A stretch of DNA of 64,000 nucleotides from NCBI GenBank assembly GCA_964016885.1, contig OZ024762.1, forward strand, positions 15,066,001 to 15,130,000, written 5' to 3'. Shown here piece by piece: positions 41,340 through 52,392 of the stretch. A model generated the notes under the pieces. It ran no database searches and was not told where the DNA came from. It saw nothing but the letters and a program-made list of their open reading frames with translations. This DNA comes from Eledone cirrhosa. Taxonomy: Eukaryota. Each line of letters begins with the position of its first letter. Positions within the stretch are counted from its first letter, which is position 1. The position numbers were made by a program, and so were the translations under genes.

Positions 41340-41910
41340 ACAGTAAATGTCTTTGCAAAGTCTTTAAATTGATAATGCTGTCCTACTCAGAACATGGAGA
41401 GTGCCAGTTAGCACTATCTTCTGTATCTCTTGCAGTACCCTTTATTATCATTCCAAGTACACTGACTATCACTGGTATTGTACAGGCCATAAGATGTCAC
41501 ATTTTCTCAATTTCAATTGATAGATCTTTATATTTACTGAGCTTTCCGTACTCTTTCGAGGAGATGTTATGATCTGATGGAATGCTCATGTCAATTAAGA
41601 AACATGTTTTCTCTTTATGGTCCTTCACAATTATATCAGGTTTGTTGGCCTTTTTGATCTGTCAGTATTCACAGGGAATTCCCAGAGGATTATTATATTC
41701 TCGCCTCCTGTTACTGCATCTGGGAGATAGTTGTACCATTTTCCCTCCATTTTCAGACCATAAAACCTGCACATTACCCAGTGTATTACCCCACATTACC
41801 CCCACTCTATGATACCTCGTTTTATATTCCTGGGCATCTAATATCTTGCAGCCTGAAACCAAGTAGTCTACGGTCTAAATATGATCATCATAGAATCAAC
41901 ACTTTTGGGC
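41340..41910 (-). mobile_element. Degenerate restriction-like-endonuclease non-LTR retrotransposon fragment (R4/Dong-like)
   Basis: VSGCKIL..EYKTRYHRVG, LWEFPVNTDR, KANKPDIIVKDHKEKTCFLIDMSIP, KLSKYKDL, with frameshifts; boundaries approximate. Confidence 0.78.
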
Positions 41911-41914
41911 AATT

Positions 41915-42420
41915 AAACACTACACAGTGACCTACTAAACACTACACAATAGCCAGCTAAACACTACACATTGACCTACTAGACACTACACAGTGGCAAG
42001 CTAAGCCAGCAAAAACACAACACAGTGACCAGCTAAACACAACACAGTGCCCAGCTAAACACAAATAGTGGCAAGCCAAGCCAGCTAAACACTACACAGT
42101 GACCAGCTAAACACTACACAGTGGACAGCTAAACCACTGGCAAGCTATGCCAGCTAAACACAACACAGTGACCACCTAAAGACAACACAGTGACCAGCTA
42201 AACACAACACAGTGACCAGCTAAACACTACACAGTGTCCAGCTAAACACTACACAGTGATCAGCTAAACACTACACAGTGGCCAGCTAAATACTACACAG
42301 TGACCAGCTAAACACTACACAATGGCCAGCTAAACATTATAAAGTGCACAGCTAAACACAACACAGTGACAAGCTAAGCCAACTAAACACTACACATTGA
42401 CCAGCTAAACACAACACAGG
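41915..42420. repeat. About 24-bp GACCAGCTAAACACTACACAGT minisatellite
   Basis: Direct inspection. Confidence 0.88.
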
Positions 42421-42553
42421 TCTCAGCTACAGAACAGTTTAGTTTTTAAAATGACAAACACTTCAGATACGTTTTCTTTTTTATTTCATTTTTATTGTCA
42501 AAACATCACCATTTTATCCTCAAAAATATTCCACCAATGTTTAGTTGACTTGT

Positions 42554-43243
42554 TCAGAGACTAAACCCAAAAGTATCCCAATCATATCCTGCCATCCGTA
42601 GTTTATAGATCTGCATAGTGGTGTTCCCACCACAGTAAAATCCCCTGTGTTCGTTGCAGGGCATCTTGCAGGCCTGGTCTAAACTGCGCAGCCTTTTGCG
42701 GAATGAGTTCAGGTATGAGCTGCAGAAACAGAGGTAGCCCTTGGTGAGCCCAGCGTAAGGTTGTTTCTTGACTGCGCAGAGGTAACAACATCGAGAAATA
42801 CTCATTTTTCGTGCCTTGTTTTGGGGTAATTTGGTCCGAGAGTAGCTATGCATGATATTGTTCTTCTCATTTAGATCCTCTTCATTGAAACGAAAGCATC
42901 CCATATACTGAGCGAATGGCGTCTCCCGATTCTCTACATAAATGAGCGCATGTAGCTGTATGTGCCTCGGTCCCCCGCAATTCTTAGCTTCATTGCTGCA
43001 CGGAATGTTGCAGCTTGTGGAATTTGATGTTATGTTCATGGAACGGTCTGCCCCCATCAAATTATTAGCGCACCAACATTGCGTCCCCATGTAAAGCCCA
43101 GCAAATATTTGAAACCAGGTGTGACAAGAGTACACGCACCGTTCTATGGTCATAAGTTCTGTGTCTATGTAGAGTTTACCATATTTTTTGAGATTCCAAT
43201 AGCTTTGGAGAAAGCAACCCACATAAACATTACCCTCGGCTAC
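42554..43243 (-). CDS. Secreted WSC-domain protein, coding exon 2 (two WSC domains)
   Basis: ttttgcag acceptor, phase 0; YVGCF..CVYSC..FAGLYMGTQCWC..C..PC..CGG and YMGCF..CCYLC..YAGLTKGYLCFC..C..PC..CGG; stop at 42554; AATAAA near 42490. Confidence 0.85.
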   Translation of the reverse strand, partial: VAEGNVYVGCFLQSYWNLKKYGKLYIDTELMTIERCVYSCHTWFQIFAGLYMGTQCWCANNLMGADRSMNITSNSTSCNIPCSNEAKNCGGPRHIQLHALIYVENRETPFAQYMGCFRFNEEDLNEKNNIMHSYSRTKLPQNKARKMSISRCCYLCAVKKQPYAGLTKGYLCFCSSYLNSFRKRLRSLDQACKMPCNEHRGFYCGGNTTMQIYKLRMAGYDWDTFGFSL

Positions 43244-44325
43244 CTGCAAAAACAACAACAACAAAAAACAACAATGATAATAATAATAATAATAATTGTT
43301 TCTACTTTTGGCACAAGGCCAGCAATTATCCAGTACATTACTGGTACTTTATTTTATCGACCCCGTAAGGATGAAAGGCAAAGTTAACCTTGGCGGGATT
43401 TGAACTCAGACCATAAAGGGCTGTAACTCTTTGCTGCAAAGCATGGCGTCCGACCCTCTACCGATACTGCCAATTCACCGCCCTGATGATGATAATAATA
43501 ATAATAATAATAATAATAATAGAATTTAAATGAAATGTGTGTGAATGTATATAGATATATGCATGTATATATATATATATATATGAGTTAAAACAATGAA
43601 ATAAAAATTCAAGTCATTAGGAATATACTTCACTGCTTTACGATCGTTTCTAGGTGATAATAATAAATCGTACGCATATTTCGTTATCGATCTATGTAAG
43701 GTTAGTTACAAAATATCAAATAAGGAATATATTTACCTTCGTGTATATCGTCAGCCGTTGTCAAAAGCAATGAAAATTTTATTCAAAATTAATAGTAAAT
43801 CGACCCAGTTCGTTACTGGTATTCTATCTTAAAAGTAAGGATGAAAGGCAAAGTTTTAACCTCTAACCAACCTCGACGGAATTTGAACTCTAAAACTAAA
43901 TTAGGATTTCTGATTTGGGCCCAAGGTCAGCAATTGTTTTGTGGTGTGGGGTGGGGTAGGGTGGAGACAGTGCCGGATTTAGAACAAATGAGGCCCTGTG
44001 TTAGTTAATTTACTCATAAAAAAAAATTCCTCGTAAAAAATTTGGGGGTGCTGGAAGATGCGCCCCTGCCTCCTCTGGCCAACGGTGCCCTGTGCTTAAG
44101 CGCACATAAGAACAATGGTAAATCCGACCATGGGTGGGGAAGAGACAGAGGAGGGAAAATTTGATTATATCGATCCACAGTGCTTGATTCGGTCGGATAA
44201 TAAATGTCACAAGCATCATTTCATGAACTTTAAAAAAAAAAAATTAAAAAAACGAAAGATTGCGAATAAATTAATAAATATATATAAATATAAATAAATA
44301 AATATAAATCTCGCTTTTGTCCTAC

Positions 44326-44787
44326 TTTTGAAAAGGGTGTCACAATTTTGAAGATCTTCACTGAATTCTTATGCTGGGACTCACATTTAGATTTTTCAGC
44401 TTCATTATTACAGTCTTTTGGACATCTGATGCCCTTCATGGTTCTCCTCGACGGGAGAGCATTTTTGCCACAGAAGCAAAACTTTGTCACATATATCACT
44501 GCATATTTCAAACCGATAACACGACAACGAAACATGCAACTTTTGTTTGACTTGCTCTGCATAGCTACTTTCAGTCCTATTTCTGATTTAAATTTCCGCG
44601 GATATTTTATATGGTAGCAGCCCAGACTTCTACCTTCGACATCACCTAAAACCGTTGTTTTATTTTGTTTATTTGGTTCTTTAGTATCAGACCAACCACG
44701 ACTGAGAATAAATATATTTCCACCGATTATTAATAGAACCATTAGATGTAATTTTATAAATCCACGAGAGAAAATGCGATACATCAT
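44326..44787 (-). CDS. Secreted WSC-domain protein, coding exon 1 (signal peptide/anchor plus divergent WSC domain)
   Basis: ATG, hydrophobic LHLMVLLIIGGNIFIL, LGCY..SCMFRC..YA....FCFCG..C...C..C pattern; phase-0 donor AAA|gtagga at 44325. Confidence 0.75.
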
Positions 44788-45861
44788 CTTCCTTATTTTT
44801 TTTTAATTATTTTTTTTATTTGGTTAATAAACTAACCACAATAATATTCGTGTGTACTTTAAATCGTCTTACCAATAAAATGGTTCGTGCTGTACGAGCA
44901 GAAATGGCTATTTCAACGCGTCTTCCTCGTTCTCCTCCTGGGTAACATTTTCTATAGTCTGTCCTCTGTTGGTCCGATCAGGCAGCATATGCCCGGGGTT
45001 TTGCAGTTCAGAGAGGCAGAGCGAATTAATGAATGGAGGACGGGGTGCCTTACAACCTGTCATTGACCCGTTCCTGTTTTCACCCTTGGTCACTACATAT
45101 ACACGTACATGTACACAAGACACTGATCAGCTAAAGTTTTTCGTACAAAGGGGTGCCCTGCTACATGATGTATATATGTATATATTGATAGATAGAGAGA
45201 GAAAGACATGTATACATACATGCATACACAAGACACTTTTAAATTAAATTTTCCATGCAGTATAAATAAATATATACAGACATATATGGCCGCACACAAA
45301 CACACACACACATATATATATATATACACACACAAACACTTTCATCGAATTGTTTCTTTGGAAACCACACGAGAGTGACATGGCGTCGTGAAATAATTCT
45401 TTAGTTTTAACAAAATTATATATCATCGAACGCAGACGTTAAAACTTGTGAGAAAACAAAATCGAGAGAAATTAGAGCGTCGGACACCATGCTTTGCGGC
45501 ATAGAGTTAAGGCCCTTTACGTTCGGAGTTCAAATCCCACCGAGGTTAAGCTTTGCTTTTCATTCTTACGGAGTCGATAAATAAAGTACCAGTAATGCAC
45601 TGGTGTAATTGTTGGCCTTGTGCCAAAAGTAGAAACAATTATTATTATACAATATATACAAACAAAGGGTGCCCCCCCCCCCCCCCCAAAAAAAAAATGT
45701 ATACTCACTTTGGTTACCTGTACAGGCAATATTTATTAGAATGCTGTTGAAGTGTGTACACATTTTTGGTACACCCAGTATACACACATATATATATGTA
45801 TTTTGAAAATTTATTTTTGTAAGACATTGACACTGGCGTCCCACTTTCCATTTAGGCAACA

Positions 45862-45943
<82 letters not shown>

Positions 45944-46221
45944 AAAAAAAAAATCGCTCTACATGGCTTGAATACAATAAATGTAATCTGAGTTTTTCGA
46001 ATATTAATAATTGTTTCTACTTTTGCCACAAGGCCAGCAATTACCCAGTGCATTACTGGTACTTTATTTTATCGACCTCGTAAGGATGAAAGGCAAAGTT
46101 AACCTCGGCGGGATTTGAACTCAGAATGGCAAGGGCCGTAACTATGCTGGAAAGCAGGGCCTCCGACCCTCTATCGATACTACCAATCCACCGCCCTTTT
46201 TTCCAATATTAATAATAACAT

Positions 46222-46395
46222 TCGGTTCGTTTGCAATTATGCAAACAAGCCTCATTTTTAAAGCCATGCCAGTAGAATGAACCCTTCATTCTTGCTCTTC
46301 TGTTGCCATGTAAACACAAGAACAAGAATGAAGGGTTTATTCTACTGACATGGCTTTAAAAATGAGGCTTGTTTGCATAATTGCAAACGAATCGA
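46222..46395. repeat. Palindromic MITE-like element
   Basis: Arms of about 78 bp with a spacer of about 18 bp. Confidence 0.85.
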
Positions 46396-46725
46396 CGGTG
46401 GATTGGCAGTATCGGTAGAGAGTCGGACGCCATGCTTTCCAGCATAGTTACGTCCCTTTACGGTCTGAGTTCAAATCCCGCCGAGGTTAACTTTGCCTTT
46501 CATCCTCATGGGGTCGATAAAATAACGTACCAGTAATACACTGGGTGATTGCTGGCCTTGTGCCAAAAGTAGAAACAATTATTAATACCGGGGTTAGCTT
46601 TGCCTTTCATCCTTACGGGGTCGATAAAATAAAGTACCAGTCATGCACTGGGTAATTGCTGGCCTTGTGCCAAAAGTAGAAACAATTATTAATATTCTAA
46701 AAACTCAGATTACATTTATTATATA

Positions 46726-47460
46726 CTAGCAGCTGAGCCCGGTTGCACCCGGGGCCACTTTTTATTAAGTTAATAATTTGAAAAATATTATTGAAAGTTT
46801 ATTATAAAGAAGCAGTTTCAGGGGGGAAAAAAATAGAAATATGCACTTGGGACTGGACGGCGTACAATGAGAAGTGGAGCGACGTGAAAAGCGTTGTTTT
46901 TTAACAGCGAAATAGCAATGTCGATGATATGCAAGTTTGAAAATGCAGATTATGAAGGTTTGTATGATAGTTTACACTTTGATTGCCCTGGTCAGCAAGA
47001 GGGGCCTCTATATATTAGACGTTTATTAGAAGAGGGGGAAATTACTAACCCCAGTATTAGAACAGGGGGTTTGCAATGTAAGGGTTTTATTTCTTTTGTT
47101 AGAAAACGGTGACCTTTTTCGGTTTGGCATTTCGTCAAATTCTACCGCAGAATCGATTTCATAAAACGGTACTGTATGATCGTTATAGAAGTATTTAAAT
47201 TTAATATAGAGCAACTGTACATGAAAAATGAAAATGAAACGTACTGTAGAAGGCAACAGTTTATTAACAGCGAAATAACGTTGTCTTTGATATGTTATTT
47301 TAAATAAGACAACCGTTTTCGGTTTGGCATTTCGTAAAATGGTACTGCAGAATCGATTTCATAAAACGGTACTGCAGAATCGATTTCATAAAACGGTACT
47401 GTATGTTAAGAGCGAAAGAACGTTGTGTTTGATATGTTATGAAAAAATTGATGAGTTTGA
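46726..47460 (-). mobile_element. Non-autonomous Helitron-like element
   Basis: The 3' end on - has hairpin CCCGG-GTGCAA-CCGGG followed 8 nt later by CTAG|T; short internal repeats; 5' boundary uncertain. Confidence 0.6.
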
Positions 47461-47660
47461 CCTTGTGCCAAAAGTAGAAACAATTATTAATATTCGAAAA
47501 ACTCAGATTACATTTATTATATATATATATATATAAGGAAAAAAGATGAAATCGAAAATACAACTGGAGTCTTTTTTTTTTTTAATATATTTATTTGGTT
47601 CCTTTACCGGTTTCGCAGTTCTTGTGCTTTTCAAAAGTAGAATTGAGATGGAGGGTTTGT

Positions 47661-47692
<32 letters not shown>

Positions 47693-47695
<3 letters not shown>

Positions 47696-48071
47696 AGGGT
47701 GGCTCTCTTAGTAGGGTCCTAAAATGGTCTAGCCATTTCCTCTTCCTATCCTCGGGCCCCGTTCCCTGGATCTGACTCGAACACCTTCTCTTCCTCCCTG
47801 TGATCTCGTTGATGATCATCCAGCTCTCCTTACATCCAGATCTGTCAACCGCTCTCTCCACACTTCTGATCTTCTCTATCAGTGCCTCCTCTCTGACCTC
47901 AGTGTAAGCGGTACAGAGTTCTTCCCTCATCACCTCCACAGTCTCCATCCTCTCCTCCGTAGGATCAGCATAGAATTGGTCCTTGGCAGCTTTCAGGTGT
48001 TCTCTGGCTGCACACACTTTTGGGTTTGCAGAGCTGACGTGCTTCCTTTTGTTCTTTTTCCTCGGCACCAG
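47693..48071 (-). mobile_element. Internal fragment of the same RTE-like LINE
   Basis: Nearly identical to about 56250-56628; (TA)n on both sides. Confidence 0.9.
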
Positions 48072-48441
48072 TGTTATATATATATATATATATACCGCTC
48101 CAAATAATGACGTATTATATTCGTTTTTTCCCGTTCGTTGCCAGGGAACGTTTCCACGAACCAAAGTATCGTCTTCCTGTCTTCCTCCGGTTGCAACGTT
48201 TTTTTAAATATTCACTTCTGCGTTCACAGATTGACTTTGTTAGTTTCAGAAGATCCCGTTAAGGGTGAAAGCAGCGATTCTTTGCTTAAACTTTAATCTG
48301 TTATTTTAATATATATATATATATATATATGTTGTATATATAGCACAAAATATCCGTGTGTAGTAAAGAGTGTAGTGTAAGAGGTGATATATTATAAATT
48401 TATGTTCATACTCAGAACAAAAAAAAAGCTACCATAGTTTT

Positions 48442-48516
<75 letters not shown>

Positions 48517-48597
48517 AAAGTTTTATTTAAAATTGTTGGGTTACAACAAGTAAATATTTTATAACTGATATAAGGCACTCAACAAGTTTTGGAGTAG

Positions 48598-48952
48598 ATA
48601 TACGATATTAAACAAATGGAAACTATATTTATAAAACCATATTTATTTCATTATACATATTTCGGGGATACCATATTAAAAATATGGCATGCCTTCTTCA
48701 GATAAAATACAATATATAAACAGTTTTATAAATAATTTTGACGTACCATAAATATTGATCAACTTTTATGTAAACCAACTTCTTACATAAAAGTTGATCA
48801 ATATTTATGGTACGTCAAAATTATTTATAAAACTGTTTATATATTGTATTTTATCTGAAGAAGGCATGCCATATTTTTAATATGGTATCCCCGAAATATG
48901 TATAATGAAATAAATATGGTTTTATAAATATAGTTTCCATTTGTTTAATATC

Positions 48953-48958
<6 letters not shown>
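48598..48958. mobile_element. Palindromic ribozyme-bearing element (putative non-autonomous Penelope-like)
   Basis: 176-bp arms with a 9-nt loop (48774-48782); one hammerhead per arm; abuts (TA)n. Confidence 0.65.
48849..48910 (+). ncRNA. Minimal hammerhead ribozyme motif, slightly degenerate (mirror copy on - at 48646-48707)
   Basis: TTTTAT-CTGAAGA-AGGCATGCCATATT(TTT)AATATGGTATCCCC-GAAAT-ATGT-ATA-ATGAAA; A-C mismatch at the base of stem II. Confidence 0.65.
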
Positions 48959-48992
<34 letters not shown>

Positions 48993-49040
48993 ATAATAAT
49001 AAAATTGAAGACTAAAATCCAAAGATAAAATACAAAAACA

Positions 49041-49090
49041 AGAGGACACCCGGGTTCGAACCGGGGACCTCTCGATCTGCACTCGAATGC
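49041..49090 (-). pseudogene. 5'-truncated tRNA-Cys(GCA)-like sequence
   Basis: GCATTCGAGTGCAGATCGAGAGGTCCCCGGTTCGAACCCGGGTGTCCTCT gives the anticodon arm, T arm and 3' acceptor strand; the 5' acceptor strand and D arm are absent. Confidence 0.7.
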
Positions 49091-49566
49091 TGTTCCGTAT
49101 AACCATGACCAGTCCGAGCTGAAAATCCGCATAAGGTGAAACAATTTTTTCCGGGTATGGTGAACTAACTGTTGTGTTACTACTTATACAATGTTAAATA
49201 ACTTTGATTCGATTTTATAAAGATTACAATGTATTAAAAGATATCAATATATACATATATATTTATTATAACCCTCTATATATTTTAACGTGCTGTATGG
49301 TTAGGAAGTTGTCACCGAGATAACCTGAAGATCGAGACATACCAAAATTCTTTGAATGGATTTGGTGAACAGAGAATAGTTTGGGTCTATCCAGGGCAAC
49401 AGCCAGGAAACACCAACTCGCACGCGCATATATACTGTCACACACCATACACTCACCCATGCATACAACATAGTTAGACAGTGGTGACCTCCCCTTGCGG
49501 AAGGATCCAGCCAGATCAATTGGTGACGGTGGCTTCTAACATGACCTATATCATTACATGCTGTAG

Positions 49567-49933
49567 CAGCGGTCGCCAACTTTTCAGACCACTTAATTCA
49601 TAATTTTAAATCCCACAGACCACTACTAATATGAATTCATGGTCAATGGTCGAAACAATACTGAAGCGTACGTGTGTCATATTGTCGAGAGACGATACAT
49701 GTGTAAAATTGTTAGTTCTTTACTGAGAAACATTTTAAGTGGGGGTTATAAAATATATTTTAACCGAATATTATTTTTGTTTTATTATTAATAATTAATA
49801 AAACATAAATAATTAATAAAAATAATTAATAAAACATAAAAATTGCAAATAATATCCACATTTATCTGCGGAACACCGACATTTTCTCTCGGACCACAAG
49901 CGGTCCGCGGAAAATCTGTTGGCGACACCACTG
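49567..49933. mobile_element. hAT-like MITE
   Basis: Termini CAGCGGTCGCCAAC / GTTGGCGACACCACTG; degenerate 8-bp TSD tgctgtag / tgatggag. Confidence 0.6.
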
Positions 49934-51194
49934 TGATGGAGGATTCTGCCCCCTACAACTCGCCCAAGAAAAAGTAAGTCAAGATGATGGAGAGTTGCTT
50001 CACCGTTTTCATGATAAGAAGTCACGTTTACTTCTAGCTATGATAGGGCGAGACAAACAAACTTTGTTGTTATATCAACATGTGGCCTATAAAGATAAGT
50101 CTTGCCGTGAAAGAGGCAGAGGAAAAGACAGACTAAAATAACAAACAACTGTAATACACCATGTGTTTTATTATACAAAGCATATAAATAAATTTACAGT
50201 AGAATAACATAACAAATATGTTTTAAATATATACATAAATAACATTACAAATGCTTAGATAACATTATAAATTGCTCGCGATTCTTTCAGAAGGATATTT
50301 TCTTTTAATGTTGCAATATTAAAGAAAATGTAAAGGAAGGGGTGAACAACCGAGCCAACACCAGAGCAAAAGACAGCAGCGTCGCGAGGAGTACCGGGAG
50401 GGTGGTCCGAAAGTATTGTCACCCCTTCATATTGTTTGGTTTTCATCCTTACGGGGTCGATAAAATAAAGTACCAGTAATACACTGGAATAATTGCTGGC
50501 CTTGTGCCAAAAGTAGAAACAATTATTTTTCGTTTTAATAATATAATATATAATATAATTTTGTTAACTTTGCCTTTCATCCTTACGGGGTCGATAAAAT
50601 AAAGTACCAGTAATGTACTGGGTAATTGCTGGCCTTGTGCCAATAGTAGAAACAATTAATTATAATATATAATAATTTTTATCGTTTAAGCCAACATTCG
50701 TCAACGAACTAAGCAATAACGATAAGACGTGGTAGGGGGAGACAAGACTTTCGGACCACCCTGTACAGTGAAATTCCGTTATAACGAAATTCACGGGGTA
50801 TAAAAACATATTTCATCTGTACACACACACGAAACGGCCGGAGCTCAGCCGTCGGGATCCTGACACTTTTCCTATTACCCACTCTACTAACCAGTATCGA
50901 GTACTTTGGTGTGTTATGGTCCACCTGGTTACTTACCACACTTCCCTCGTTATATATATGTGTGTGTGTGTGTACATATGAAATATAGGATTAAATGTAT
51001 GAGCAACTTTAGAGAAATTATTGTTTACTAAGACAAATGTAGGGTCAGAAACCAGAACCTTGTGATTGAAAAGCGAACTTCTTGTCAGAAAATGACTGAG
51101 AGAGGAAATATATCGTGTGTATGTTTGTTGGGTATAAATTGTAAAGATTTACAGACATGCACACACACATACATATAACACACACACACACACA

Positions 51195-51234
<40 letters not shown>

Positions 51235-51390
51235 ATTAATACAGTTGTTTGTTATTTTTGTCTGTCTTTTCCTCCTGGCATAAAGTGTAACGTGAAATAA
51301 AGTGTCGTGCTGAAGGACATAACGCATCGCCGGGCCCGGGAATCAAACTAGCAAATTCATGATTATGAATATGAACCCAACTCTCTAATC

Positions 51391-51692
51391 CAGCGTTTCT
51401 CAACTAGTGTTCCCTGAAACCCTAGGGTTCCACAAGAAATCCCTAGGGATTCTGCAATAGACAGTGATAAATAAGTTAATACGTTTTGGAGTAATCTTTG
51501 TATAATTTTATATTCGTAAAACACATACGACATATTGTTGGAAAATGCTTGGTTATTACAATAAAGGCTTCAACCTCTTATATTAAGGGATAGATATTAA
51601 TAATAGTATATAATCATTTTTATTTAGGGGTTCGCTGAGACATGAAAACTATGTGAAGGGTTCTACAAGGGCAAAAAGGTTAAGAAACGCTG
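51391..51692. mobile_element. hAT MITE inserted in a SINE
   Basis: TIRs CAGCGTTTCTCAAC / GTTAAGAAACGCTG; TSD ctctaatc / ctctaacc. Confidence 0.82.
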
Positions 51693-52193
51693 CTCTAACC
51701 ACTAAGTTACGTATCTTCAATGCTATACTCGTCACAGACATGCCAACCTTTAAAAACCGAAATGGGGGGGGGGGGGGGTACCATGAAAGAAAGTGTCCCA
51801 AAACGGGGGAAAATGAGGCAAAGTGGGGGAGATTTTACATAATGGAAGCTATACCAATTTTCACAAGAGAAGCATCTCTAACTCACCCCAAAGTGGGTGG
51901 GAGATCTCCCCGTCGGACGGGGAGAGTTGACAGGTCAGCCGTCATTATTGAGGGAAGTGGATTGGCGGCAGAATCGGTAGAGCGTCAGACAACATGCTTT
52001 ATGGCATATAGTTATAGCCCTTTACGTCGAGGTTAGCTTTGCCTTTCGTCCTTACTGGAATCGTGAAAATAAAGTACCTAAATCAGAAACCATTATCGAT
52101 GACATTGGTCCAATAGCAACAAGAAAAAATAAAAAAAGAATGAGACCCCTTTTAAGGGATTTGCCACTGGTCTAGTAATATAAAAAGAGAGAG

Positions 52194-52201
52194 AAAAAAA
52201 A
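52194..52201 (-). terminator. Pol III terminator (T8) of tRNA-Sec
   Basis: First T run, about 25 nt downstream of the tRNA 3' end. Confidence 0.75.
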
Positions 52202-52226
52202 TGAGATCTCCTTTGAAGGGATCTGT

Positions 52227-52313
52227 CGCCCGAAAGGTGGAATTGAACCACTCTGACGTCAGTCAGCTACAGGTTTGAAGCCTGCACTCCAGACCACTGA
52301 AGCTCGTTCGGGC
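52227..52313 (-). tRNA. TRU-TCA: tRNA-Sec (anticodon TCA)
   Basis: The minus strand reads GCCCGAACGAGCTTCAGTGGTCTGGAGTGCAGGCTTCAAACCTGTAGCTGACTGACGTCAGAGTGGTTCAATTCCACCTTTCGGGCG (87 nt). It closely matches metazoan tRNA-Sec, with a long D-stem, a long variable arm with a compensatory pair and a G discriminator. Confidence 0.97.
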
Positions 52314-52336
52314 AATAGTATAAGCAATAACAGCAA

Positions 52337-52392
52337 TATATATACATACTAGAAAACACTGCTATATATAAATTAGGTTAACTAATTTGCAT
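52337..52392 (-). promoter_or_regulatory. Type 3 Pol III upstream promoter of tRNA-Sec: TATA (-31..-24), PSE-like element (-67..-49), octamer ATGCAAAT (-79..-72)
   Basis: TATATATA at 52344-52337; TAACCTAATTTATATATAG at 52380-52362; ATGCAAAT at 52392-52385. TATA and PSE spacing matches known tRNA-Sec/U6 promoters. Confidence 0.65.

Noticed and set aside
43736-43790. Alternative upstream exon for the WSC gene (GAAG|gtaaat on -)
   Set aside because: The frame needed to join the phase-0 acceptor contains a TGA, and there is no start codon or signal peptide.
51735-51938. Possible MITE with CAGACATGCCAAC / GTTGACAGGTCAG ends
   Set aside because: The TIR match is imperfect and there is no clear TSD; left uncalled.
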